IMG/VR virus record: IMGVR_UViG_3300045999_006495
Location: 13,848 to 77,847 of that record
Source of the DNA: a virus
Strand: one strand, 5' to 3'
Length of the DNA stretch: 64,000 nucleotides
Under the pieces are notes generated by a model. The model was not told the origin of the DNA. It worked only from the letters and a program-made list of their open reading frames with translations, and did not search any database. A program made the position numbers and the translations under genes. Shown piece by piece: positions 1-8,528 of this stretch (positions are counted from its first letter, which is position 1; every line of letters begins with the position of its first letter).

Positions 1-79
1 TACGCAACACAGGAATAAACAAGATAATAGCCAATAACTCTGCGACCAACTGACGACCCTCTGGTGATATGAAGTACAA
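1..79 (-). CDS. Possible small membrane protein, truncated by the window edge (MYFISPEGRQLVAELLAIILFIPVLR...)
   Basis: Strong SD AAAGGAGGT at 89-97 on the minus strand, TTG start, open hydrophobic frame to the edge. Not in the ORF track. Confidence 0.35.
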   Translation of the reverse strand, partial: MYFISPEGRQLVAELLAIILFIPVLR

Positions 80-528
80 TCTATATGTACCTCCTTTCTA
101 TTACATGTGTATTTTAGCATATATACAGAGAGATAGCAAATGCAGTTTTCTCATCTTCCTTTAATGTTTTACGGGCGATGTCTTTTTCCGTATATATACA
201 GATACATATATAGATATATACAGAGATACACAAGGGTAGGGCCATGGCACTTGTATATAAAGGCCCTTGGAGAGTTTAATTTGTAGCTAATTGGCCACTT
301 TTGCACAACTTTGGTCACTTTTTGTGCACATTTGTGGACATAGAGAGTATGGAGAGTTACATAACTACCTCATTTTCTTCCACATTTCTTCCACACTTTC
401 CACATTAACTTGAGCAGTTCTCTTTGGTATAGAGTAAGGGATCAGACTAACAGGGTACTTCTATTGCTCTTTGGGGACACGGTCTACCTCTTACTTATTT
501 TTGTGTATATATTTTTGTAGATATAAAA

Positions 529-610
529 AATAACAGAGCGCGGAATTTAAATTTCAAATCTTGGATTCCAAAACCCAAATTCTAAAACTTAATTTCAGCA
601 CTCTGTTATT
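529..610. repeat. Imperfect inverted repeat, 22-bp arms
   Basis: aataacagagcgcggaatttaa (529-550) matches the reverse complement of 589-610 at 19/22 positions. It lies just downstream of ORF 619..1146. Confidence 0.7.
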
Positions 611-618
611 CTCACTCA

Positions 619-1146
619 CTACATCATTGTGTCTTTACCCTCTGTACTTGGCATAGTTACATTGATGTAATATGCTAGAGTATTTCTCCAAGCTTCCAAC
701 CAAGGGTACTTCTCTTTATCATATCCATACTTTAGTTTATCTTGGTAGTATTTAAGGATATGGTAGGTAAGCACCGGCGAGATTTTCTTGTCTGTGTAGT
801 TATCTACAACAAGACTGAGGTAAGTTCTTTCCCAGTAAGTTCTTGATGAATCATATACTGGTACTAATTCATACAATACAATAGGCTCTGTGATAATAGC
901 CCCGGCTGTCTCTGCTCTGGAGTCCACCCAGACCCTACAGTAAAACTTATCATAGGAAGCTGTGGTAAAGTTGTTGCTGAGTTGCATCACGTAGAACACA
1001 GGGCTTCGTGAGGACTCTTCCAGAACAACCACAGTCTCAAAACCCAACTTATGTAGATTCTTGAATGTATCAAGGCCTACGGTGGCATAATGGTAAGGTG
1101 AACCTAGGAATAAGTGATTATCATCAAAGGGTTTATAGGTTGACAT
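619..1146 (-). CDS. Hypothetical protein
   Basis: 175-aa ORF co-oriented with the minus-strand arm. Confidence 0.7.
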   Translation of the reverse strand: MSTYKPFDDNHLFLGSPYHYATVGLDTFKNLHKLGFETVVVLEESSRSPVFYVMQLSNNFTTASYDKFYCRVWVDSRAETAGAIITEPIVLYELVPVYDSSRTYWERTYLSLVVDNYTDKKISPVLTYHILKYYQDKLKYGYDKEKYPWLEAWRNTLAYYINVTMPSTEGKDTMM

Positions 1147-1233
1147 AATATATAAAAACTAACTCCAAACTAAAATAAAAAAATCCCAAAAACCCAAAAT
1201 CTAAAAATCAAAAACTAAAATACGAAATCCAAA

Positions 1234-1623
1234 TTACCACTGAGAGTAAACATAGAACTCGTCTCTGCCTATAATGTCTAGCTCTGCCTGACTAAACAAC
1301 ACGTCCTTAGGAAAGTTTGCGGAGTTTAGAACAGCCTTAAGACTCTCAGATGAGTAAACCAAATCGTGTTTATATCTTAATTCATATCCATCTGGTTCTA
1401 TACTGTTCTCAAAACCATCTGCATAGAGTGTGGTGTCGCCAACTTGCATTAGCAATTTAAGACACCAGTCACCTTTGGCATACCAGAGAAGTTTTCTAAT
1501 TTCTTCTCTGGTCATACCATCTACCAACTCAATAGCCTGACTTAGAATGTCTTTTTCCAAGAGTTCTTCTTGGTTTCCTGACCCACAGTTACAACTCTGT
1601 CCTTGACAGCTACAACAGCCCAT
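1234..1623 (-). CDS. Hypothetical protein with Cys-rich N-terminus
   Basis: 129-aa ORF; GGAG upstream of ATG; overlaps the upstream gene. Confidence 0.55.
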   Translation of the reverse strand: MGCCSCQGQSCNCGSGNQEELLEKDILSQAIELVDGMTREEIRKLLWYAKGDWCLKLLMQVGDTTLYADGFENSIEPDGYELRYKHDLVYSSESLKAVLNSANFPKDVLFSQAELDIIGRDEFYVYSQW

Positions 1624-1913
1624 ACTGCTTCTCCTATATCACTTGTACTACCATCTTCTTCCTCAACCAAGGCATAGCCTAGGTGAGCTAAAAACTCAAC
1701 TGTATAACCCTTAGGAATTTCCTCACCCTCTTGAACCATGATGGCCTCTACTTTTTCAATAGGGGCTTCTGTGTCGCCCTCTAAATACAAAAATAGATTT
1801 TCATCATCTTGTGTGAAGTAGAATGAACCACCAATAGGTACATCAAAGATAAACTTCCCCGGAATTTCCTCAACACTGATTGGATGTACCTTAGTCACAT
1901 TAAAGATTCGCAT
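1542..1913 (-). CDS. Hypothetical acidic protein
   Basis: 123-aa ORF translationally coupled to 1900..2757. Confidence 0.65.
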   Translation of the reverse strand: MRIFNVTKVHPISVEEIPGKFIFDVPIGGSFYFTQDDENLFLYLEGDTEAPIEKVEAIMVQEGEEIPKGYTVEFLAHLGYALVEEEDGSTSDIGEAVWAVVAVKDRVVTVGQETKKNSWKKTF

Positions 1914-2757
1914 CGCCAGTCCCTTTCTTTACAGCTGAGTTATATGCTTTTGTCCATTTAATTTGGTTCTTACCAAATCCTCTGTGACCCCCGCTGATTC
2001 TGCTACCATTTTCATCTACAAGCACTGTGTAGATTCCCGGAAACTTTTTCTGCAAAATCATACCATCATTCCAGACAGTCTCTGCATTATGGTTTTCCCA
2101 GAATAACGAAGTCATTTTACGCTCAACACTATTGTTAGCTCTGACAAACTCAGAACTCTGTTTAGTGCCATAGCCTCTAGACAATGCAGTAAGGCTAAAG
2201 TTAATGTCCTCTGATGAACTGACACAGAGTAAGTCCCAATCATCAAAGTTCTCATTAGCCAAGTCAATTCCATTGATCCAAGAAGCCCCAGTAGCCCCTT
2301 TGTTTTTTATGATAATCTTCTTCTCTGGTGGTAACTTTCTTGACCCTAAGCTACAGATTGTAACATCAGGCTCGTCCAACCAAGAGTCCATCATATCAAA
2401 CAAGTCAAAAAAATCTTGTTCTGTACATCGTCTTTGTGACTTTTCCATACTACTTGGTAGGCCAAAGTATTTAGTATTTCGCCTAATGATAGAGAAGTCA
2501 TCATCTATCATTAGATACTTCATACCCTTACCAAGCTCATAAATAAGCTTACGAGTTCTGGCTATACAGTACAGGTCTTTGAAATGATACTCAGGGGTAT
2601 CTGGAAGAACAAAGTAATCTGCGTCAAACTTATACTGCTCAGCTTCCCATGCTTGTACCACAAACGTAACTCTTTTCTTGAGTTCCTCTGGTAAGCTATT
2701 GTAAGTGACTTGATTATTGATTCTGTTGACTGTGGGAATAAAGATTCGCTCAATCAT
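1900..2757 (-). CDS. TAGT/GREB1-like (TET-associated) GT-A glycosyltransferase, paralog 1
   Basis: N-terminal IFIPTxxR, IDDD metal motif and ED catalytic-type motif; clear paralog of the adjacent gene. Confidence 0.7.
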   Translation of the reverse strand: MIERIFIPTVNRINNQVTYNSLPEELKKRVTFVVQAWEAEQYKFDADYFVLPDTPEYHFKDLYCIARTRKLIYELGKGMKYLMIDDDFSIIRRNTKYFGLPSSMEKSQRRCTEQDFFDLFDMMDSWLDEPDVTICSLGSRKLPPEKKIIIKNKGATGASWINGIDLANENFDDWDLLCVSSSEDINFSLTALSRGYGTKQSSEFVRANNSVERKMTSLFWENHNAETVWNDGMILQKKFPGIYTVLVDENGSRISGGHRGFGKNQIKWTKAYNSAVKKGTGDANL

Positions 2758-3601
2758 TCTTTATCCTTTTCTTACTCTGTTGGTAAGCTTTGTTATAATA
2801 TACCCGAACTCTCCCAGTGTTTCTAAACCCGCCCTCAATTAGTTGACCATTATCATCATAGAGTATGTTGTAGATGCCGGGAAACTTCTTTGCAAGAGTT
2901 TGCTTTGTCCGCATTAACTTCTCGTAGTCCTGATGATTCCACAGTACGGACTCCATGTTCTTTTTACGGATGCTCTGGTTCTTAAAGTAGAACTCTTCAG
3001 AACACTTATTACCATAACCTTTAGTAAGTAAGGTAAGTACCATGTTAATGTCATGAGATGTAGAAGTGGCTGTGAGACCCCAAGTATCTAAGTCCTCATG
3101 TGCAAAGTCAGCTCCGTTAAACCAGAATGCACTTGCTATAGTTGTATTGTATCTTGATATTGTACTACCCGGACGGTTTTGTATGTGTGCTAAGCCACCA
3201 AGACTGACTTCTGGTTCATCTAACCAAGAGTCCATCATATCAAACAGCCCCAAAATTTCCTCTGGAGTTAAATCTCTTTGAGATCCAGGTAGGTTATTTG
3301 GCCCATCAAAGTACTTAGTGTTGCGTCTACCAAACCCTAAATCATCGTCAAGCATTGCATACTTGATTGGTCCTGCTGTTTTGTAAATTAAGAGTCTGGT
3401 GTTAGCCAGCCCAAACTCATTAGTATAGTGATACTCATGTGTATCTGGAAGCACTAAATAGTTGCAATCGTACTTGTACTGGTCAGCTTCCCAAGCCTGA
3501 ACAACCAAGGTAACTTTCTTTTTTAACTCATCTGGTAGCATGTTAAAAGTTATCTGGTTGTCAACTCTCTTAACAGTTGGGATATAGATTTTTTCTATCA
3601 T
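2750..3601 (-). CDS. TAGT/GREB1-like glycosyltransferase, paralog 2
   Basis: IYIPTVKR and LDDDL motifs; shares RRNTKYF and LFDMMDSWLDEP with 1900..2757. Confidence 0.7.
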   Translation of the reverse strand: MIEKIYIPTVKRVDNQITFNMLPDELKKKVTLVVQAWEADQYKYDCNYLVLPDTHEYHYTNEFGLANTRLLIYKTAGPIKYAMLDDDLGFGRRNTKYFDGPNNLPGSQRDLTPEEILGLFDMMDSWLDEPEVSLGGLAHIQNRPGSTISRYNTTIASAFWFNGADFAHEDLDTWGLTATSTSHDINMVLTLLTKGYGNKCSEEFYFKNQSIRKKNMESVLWNHQDYEKLMRTKQTLAKKFPGIYNILYDDNGQLIEGGFRNTGRVRVYYNKAYQQSKKRIKND

Positions 3602-3873
3602 GTATACTCCACTAAAAACCCATCTGGGTTATAAGTACCAATAGCAAGGTGCAGGTGCTTCTTAGCCTTACTAACAGCCGTCTTTATTGCGTGTCCCTTA
3701 TAATTCTCAATCAACCTAAAGCTAAATGAAGTCTTTAACCAGAAAGCTGGAGTGGGGCTCCAGCTCCTGTTCCTAAGAGTAACATCAGCTTCCCAGTGCT
3801 CATCATCAAAAGTAAGTACACTGACAACCATACTATGGTGTTCTGATTCTAATTGTGCGTGGTAATCATTCAC
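3598..3873 (-). CDS. Hypothetical protein
   Basis: 91-aa ORF coupled to its neighbours; SD GGAGAG. Confidence 0.65.
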   Translation of the reverse strand: MNDYHAQLESEHHSMVVSVLTFDDEHWEADVTLRNRSWSPTPAFWLKTSFSFRLIENYKGHAIKTAVSKAKKHLHLAIGTYNPDGFLVEYT

Positions 3874-4156
3874 TGGTTCTCTCCTCTGCTAGGCTAAAAA
3901 AGATTATTTGATGTGCTCTGTCTATCATTGACTCAGCAATTCTCTTTATCTCTTCATCAGTCTGCTTACCTACAGTATACCAATCAATACGAACCCACCC
4001 ATCATCAGAGTTCTTACCACCCTCAAAGGTAACCATAATCTGTGTATCAGCATGGTGTTTGTTACGCCAAGCAATCAATCTATACCCAAATACAAACCTA
4101 CGGGTAGTAATCTCTTCCCATAGTGTACCAAAAGCTGACTTTACAGGCTTGTCCAT
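3866..4156 (-). CDS. Hypothetical protein (paralog of 4166..4420)
   Basis: SD AGGAG; shares TFEG and C-terminal IxExxxxRAxxIxF with its neighbour. Confidence 0.7.
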   Translation of the reverse strand: MDKPVKSAFGTLWEEITTRRFVFGYRLIAWRNKHHADTQIMVTFEGGKNSDDGWVRIDWYTVGKQTDEEIKRIAESMIDRAHQIIFFSLAEERTSE

Positions 4157-4165
4157 TTTGTTCTC

Positions 4166-4420
4166 CTAACGCCGCATAAATACAATGTCCCTAGCCCTCT
4201 CTACCAAGTTCTCTATAATCTTGTCCTCGTTGGCCAAGTTAATAGGAACAGCAACTATATCGAGTTCTGAGTAACCACGGGGACCATGTCCCTCAAAAGT
4301 AATCTTATAGATTACATGGTTGTTAAATTCAGTTTTCCAAATAGCAAACGAATAACTGAGTGTGAGTTCTTCTTGATATATAAGCTCATAGTCACACATA
4401 GGGGTAGTTCTAGTACTCAT
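4166..4420 (-). CDS. Hypothetical protein (start re-called at MSTRTT)
   Basis: SD AGGAAA before the ATG at 4420; the longer ORF overlaps the upstream gene. Confidence 0.6.
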   Translation of the reverse strand: MSTRTTPMCDYELIYQEELTLSYSFAIWKTEFNNHVIYKITFEGHGPRGYSELDIVAVPINLANEDKIIENLVERARDIVFMRR

Positions 4421-4424
4421 TTTC

Positions 4425-4835
4425 CTAAATTGGCCAGACATAAGGTATAAACTCCATTTCAAATTGAGGATAATCAGACGGCGACTTATGATACAAATTG
4501 GACTGATGTGACATATGTAATGACTTGTCACCTAACCACCAAGGCATTTCCACAGTTTCTGGTACTGAGTACATAAACATAGTATTCTTGTAGCCGCGCT
4601 TAATCCACTCTTCTATAGCTATATTACAATACAGCTTGAGAGCATTAGGATAACTGCGCCACATTTTAGTTGCTGGGTGATTAACCCAGCCCTTGTAAGG
4701 TTTACCATCTAGAGTAGGTACTTGCTCAATAGCCTTAATTAACTGCATAGCCTCTACACGCTGTTTGCCTAGTCTACGGTAGTCTAGGGCTTGTAATGAC
4801 TCACGAAAATCTGCATATGGTAAGAATGTCTGCAT
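4425..4835 (-). CDS. Pyrimidine-dimer DNA glycosylase/endonuclease V-like protein (MSMEG_6728-type)
   Basis: MQTFLPY...LDxRRLGKQRVEAxQ, HPATKMW and SHQSNL motifs. Confidence 0.8.
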   Translation of the reverse strand: MQTFLPYADFRESLQALDYRRLGKQRVEAMQLIKAIEQVPTLDGKPYKGWVNHPATKMWRSYPNALKLYCNIAIEEWIKRGYKNTMFMYSVPETVEMPWWLGDKSLHMSHQSNLYHKSPSDYPQFEMEFIPYVWPI

Positions 4836-4856
4836 AATTAATTCCTTTCTGTAGCT

Positions 4857-4885
4857 ATTCTAGCACAAAAAGAATTTCATGTCAA
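4857..4885 (-). promoter_or_regulatory. Sigma70-type promoter
   Basis: TTGACA-17 bp-TAGAAT with TG extension, upstream of 4835. Confidence 0.75.
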
Positions 4886-5527
4886 CTGGGTAACTGTCTC
4901 ATATCCGGGGAGACCACCCCACTTTTCTATGTAATAAGCTTGATTTATTCTGAATACTCTATGGTGAAGTTCTAAGTCCTCAGCTGATAAAGATTTAATT
5001 GTAGAGCTTCCCTCGTGGTAGTATTTAGGATCGCCCAAGAATTGCATCTGGACATTGTTTAATTTCATTCTCATAAAATAATCATTGTCCTCAAAGTATG
5101 CAGGATGAAAGTTCTCATCAAACTTACCTACTAGTTTAAACACACTTAAGGGTAAAGTAAACAAAGAGAATGAGTTGTCCCCACCGTAAGCAATAAAGTC
5201 TCTTGGAAATTCCTTTAGCTTATCTAGCATGGTTGATATAGTATCTTCAAATAGAATGATGTCGTCGTTGGCTATTATCACAGCATCTAAGCCTTCGTCA
5301 ACAGCTAATTCACAAAAGAAGTTCCAAGATTTAGCAACACCTAAGTTAGTTTCTGAGTACGAGTAGAAAACTGGTACATTCATAGGGACTTCTAACTTAA
5401 GAGACTTCTCTGGTCTATTAGAATGCACATAGACAAACTCAATACCATCGGTATTTAAACTGGGTAGATGGTTAGTACGTACCCAATCTAACTGATTAAA
5501 TGTTGGTATAAAATAACCTACTCTCAT
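4877..5527 (-). CDS. GT2-family glycosyltransferase
   Basis: IPTFN, NLGVAKSWN, ANDD, GKFDENF..YFEDND motifs. Confidence 0.85.
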   Translation of the reverse strand: MRVGYFIPTFNQLDWVRTNHLPSLNTDGIEFVYVHSNRPEKSLKLEVPMNVPVFYSYSETNLGVAKSWNFFCELAVDEGLDAVIIANDDIILFEDTISTMLDKLKEFPRDFIAYGGDNSFSLFTLPLSVFKLVGKFDENFHPAYFEDNDYFMRMKLNNVQMQFLGDPKYYHEGSSTIKSLSAEDLELHHRVFRINQAYYIEKWGGLPGYETVTQLT

Positions 5528-5528
5528 G

Positions 5529-6086
5529 TTAGCCCCTCAAGTAATTATAATAGCTAATGTATTTTTGTATCTTAAGGTACTTTCCAAATTGGTAAGCTTC
5601 TTTTGCTAAGATACCATCAGCAACATAATCATCCTTAAACTTTAAATTTTTCATAACACTCCCTTTAACCATGTAACAAGCGGTGTCTATATTTCCAACA
5701 TCTGGGTGGTCTGGTGGATTTAATCTAGTCTGACCATTCTTCCAGAGCTGACCCCAACCAAGCATGTTAAAATCTAACTGTACATATTCCAGAACTGTAG
5801 AATACCAGTCTGGGTGAATAATGTTATCATCATCAAGAATGTACACCCAGTCTTCGTCACTCAGATTAATTTTAGATAGTGCATAGTTTCTAGTTGGGTT
5901 ACCGGAAAAGCCTGTGTATGGGGAATGAACAAAAGTAAGATTGCCTACATAACCCTCAGGCGCAGTCTCTCTGTGGTTAATCACTGAGTTGTCATACGAG
6001 ACTACCCAGTTACACTCAAGGGGTACTGAGTTAATCATGTACTTAATGTTTTCTGGTCTAGTACAAGGTGTAATAATATGTATCAT
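5529..6086 (-). CDS. GT-A fold (GT2-like) glycosyltransferase
   Basis: IITPCTRPEN, YILDDDNIIHP, IDTA and ADG motifs. Confidence 0.7.
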   Translation of the reverse strand: MIHIITPCTRPENIKYMINSVPLECNWVVSYDNSVINHRETAPEGYVGNLTFVHSPYTGFSGNPTRNYALSKINLSDEDWVYILDDDNIIHPDWYSTVLEYVQLDFNMLGWGQLWKNGQTRLNPPDHPDVGNIDTACYMVKGSVMKNLKFKDDYVADGILAKEAYQFGKYLKIQKYISYYNYLRG

Positions 6087-6730
6087 TAAACACCTCTAAC
6101 AAACACAAGAAGTTTATCATTATTCCAACCTGTAGAATCTTTATTTACATGCTCTGTCTCAATAAATGTAATGCTTTGATAGTGTGGTATAATCTCTTTC
6201 AGTGCCTCGTAGTACTTTTGTTCTGGAAAGTCTCTGAAAATGTCCTCAATGACAAAGTAACCACCCGGCCGTATAAACTTATGAATAACTTTTGCTATTC
6301 TGATTTGATCCTCAAACTTGTGTGTTGAGTCATCAATAATTACATCAAAAGTAACACCAGAATTTATCAAATTCAAAATAATAGAGTCAACAGATGTAAC
6401 ATCCATAGGTAGATATGTTACTTTTGTTAAATTGTCCATCAAAGCATTCTCTATTTTCTCTGGGTAGTATTCCCAGCCCCACAAGTTAGCCTGAGGAAAG
6501 TATGACCGCCAGCATTTCATTGACTGATTTTGTTCAATACCAATTTCCCCAAAATTAATAGGCAAATGTCTTAGTGGACTAAACAACAAATCATATACAG
6601 CTGTATACGGGTGTCTATGCCCGCTTACGCTTGAGAAATTATACGGTGATTTATCAGTGGGGTAAACAACACCCAGCTCACATAGGTCAGTCCTAGATGA
6701 GCTGGAGTCAATAACTAGTTTATTAAACAT
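6086..6730 (-). CDS. Class I SAM-dependent methyltransferase (sugar O-methyltransferase-like)
   Basis: EIGI motif I, FDVIIDDSTH, PGGYFVIED. Confidence 0.8.
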   Translation of the reverse strand: MFNKLVIDSSSSRTDLCELGVVYPTDKSPYNFSSVSGHRHPYTAVYDLLFSPLRHLPINFGEIGIEQNQSMKCWRSYFPQANLWGWEYYPEKIENALMDNLTKVTYLPMDVTSVDSIILNLINSGVTFDVIIDDSTHKFEDQIRIAKVIHKFIRPGGYFVIEDIFRDFPEQKYYEALKEIIPHYQSITFIETEHVNKDSTGWNNDKLLVFVRGV

Positions 6731-6737
6731 AGGTCTC

Positions 6738-7421
6738 CTAAAGACTTTGCTCTTTTAAATGGTACAGTGATGGAAACACATCAATAATGTTATCCCAACA
6801 CGCTTGAGCAAGTAAGCGGTGTTCTTTTTGTGTCTCAAGTTTTGTGCGTTCTCCGCAGTAGTGAATCCAAGAACGAATTGTACCATTGATAGCAAGCCTT
6901 GAGCGCATAAGACCCTCTGGAAGTACTACTCTGGCCTGTTCCTTAGCAATACCATGGCTACGTGCCCAACGATAAATGGTTTCTGCCTTTACAATCAATT
7001 CAGTCTGCATCTCTTCCCAAGTAGCAGCTACATACTCATGCTCACGATTCCACAAGTCCAGTTCAATACTATTCTGACGGTTATTTGTGTCTTGTAGGCG
7101 AGCTTCTCTAGTTTCAAAACCTAGCTCTGCTGTTGAATCAGCGTAGCGTTGTGAGTATTCTTGGAAACAGAAGCTTCGGTGTCTGAGAATCTGTCGGGCA
7201 ATATCTCGGGTAGTCTCCACCTCCATAACAACATTAACCATCTCAAAGGGTGACCAGTGGCGATGTTTTACAAGGTACTTCAACAAACGAGCTGAAGTCT
7301 CTGTATTCATTTGGTTACTTGGATTTGAGATACGTGCGAAGTAAGCAATCAAGTCCTCTGGGAGCATGTGCTTAATATCTTCATCATAGGCCTGAGTCAC
7401 CGCTTTAATCTTTGCGTACAT
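6738..7421 (-). CDS. thyX: FAD-dependent thymidylate synthase
   Basis: HWSPFE, QILRHRSF..QEYSQRY signature, KEQAR, TQKEHR. Confidence 0.95.
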   Translation of the reverse strand: MYAKIKAVTQAYDEDIKHMLPEDLIAYFARISNPSNQMNTETSARLLKYLVKHRHWSPFEMVNVVMEVETTRDIARQILRHRSFCFQEYSQRYADSTAELGFETREARLQDTNNRQNSIELDLWNREHEYVAATWEEMQTELIVKAETIYRWARSHGIAKEQARVVLPEGLMRSRLAINGTIRSWIHYCGERTKLETQKEHRLLAQACWDNIIDVFPSLYHLKEQSL

Positions 7422-7422
7422 G

Positions 7423-8064
7423 TTACTTCACTTTCTTGATAAAAGATGTAAGGTCGTTAATCCAACCTTGAATATTTGGGTCATTAGACCACCCTGCATT
7501 CATACCCATTCTGATAAGGTAGAATGAATCCCACAACTTTGACCACACAATATCTGCAATTTTTTGCTCAGAAATTTGTGACCCTCCACTGTTATTCTTT
7601 TTAAGCTCTTCAATTTCTCTAGCTTGTCTAGCATTTATAGCTTCTACAGACCCTACACGATTAGTCAGGCGGTCGCAGACTGCTTGCAAGTTAGAAATCA
7701 TCTGCTTAAGCTCTGCTACTTGCTTATCGTTTATATTCACTGTTGTTGAGTTGACTTTGTCATCTGGGTGAATGTAACCCTCAATAGGTATGAGAAACTG
7801 CTTACGATTCTCTGTGTTGAGTGCTAGATATAGCTCCTTACCAATTACATGCAGTGAACCATGCGAACCGGGGAAAGACAGAAGAAGTTGAGGGGGTTGA
7901 TTCTTTGGGGTTTTCCACACATTAATACCAAACGCTACACTAGAGCTGGGTGATCCCATTGAAGTACTGTAGATAGCACCAGTTTTGTCTGGCTCAATCT
8001 CTGTTCGTGTGGCAGTATAATTACCGCCGGGTTTACTAATATCAATCATTTTTGGCTGAGTCAT
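7423..8064 (-). CDS. Hypothetical protein with coiled coil
   Basis: 213-aa ORF, SD AGGAGAG. Confidence 0.7.
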   Translation of the reverse strand: MTQPKMIDISKPGGNYTATRTEIEPDKTGAIYSTSMGSPSSSVAFGINVWKTPKNQPPQLLLSFPGSHGSLHVIGKELYLALNTENRKQFLIPIEGYIHPDDKVNSTTVNINDKQVAELKQMISNLQAVCDRLTNRVGSVEAINARQAREIEELKKNNSGGSQISEQKIADIVWSKLWDSFYLIRMGMNAGWSNDPNIQGWINDLTSFIKKVK

Positions 8065-8094
8065 TATATACTCTCCTGAGTTAATAACCTTTAA

Positions 8095-8170
8095 TGGTAC
8101 CGGTGGAGGGATTTGAACCCCCGACCCACAGTTTAGAAGACTGTTGCTCTATCCACTGAGCTACACCGGC
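8095..8170 (-). tRNA. tRNA-Arg (UCU)
   Basis: 76-nt cloverleaf; anticodon stem acagt/actgt with loop CTTCTAA; GTTCAAATC T-loop; encoded CCA. Confidence 0.95.
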
Positions 8171-8178
8171 ACTGTCCT

Positions 8179-8254
8179 TGGTGGGCCAGACAGGGGTCGA
8201 ACCTGTAACCAACTCGTTATGAGCGAGGTGCTCTAACCTTTGAGCTACTGGCCC
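8179..8254 (-). tRNA. tRNA with CAU anticodon, most likely tRNA-Ile2 (lysidine type)
   Basis: GGGCCAG acceptor stem, loop CTCATAA, GTTCGAC T-loop, A73, CCA; lacks the fMet C1 mismatch and the GGG/CCC anticodon stem. Confidence 0.85.
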
Positions 8255-8528
8255 GTTCTCTGATGGCCCACGTCTCTTTATAAGTCTTTGCAAACTTATT
8301 GAGGATTCTGATGGCTTCTTCATCAGTTGTATATCTGAACCAGTATTCTGGTGCTAACCTTGGGGTAAGTTTAGCTTCACCATCTTTACTGGTAATAAGC
8401 CATCTGTAGTAGATAGAACACTCATTATCTTCTACTACATGCTCAAGCTCAAGACGGGCTTTCTCTGTTATTGCTAACTCTGAAATAACCCGTCTTGTCT
8501 TTTTTGATTTAGGCTTTCTAATCTTCAT
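8217..8528 (-). CDS. Hypothetical basic protein whose 3' end runs into tRNA-Ile2
   Basis: SD GAGG; start overlaps the stop of the TROVE-like gene. Confidence 0.6.
   Translation of the reverse strand: MKIRKPKSKKTRRVISELAITEKARLELEHVVEDNECSIYYRWLITSKDGEAKLTPRLAPEYWFRYTTDEEAIRILNKFAKTYKETWAIRERASSSKVRAPRS

Noticed and set aside
8081-8323. 80-aa ORF on the minus strand
   Set aside because: It is a translation of the two tRNA genes.
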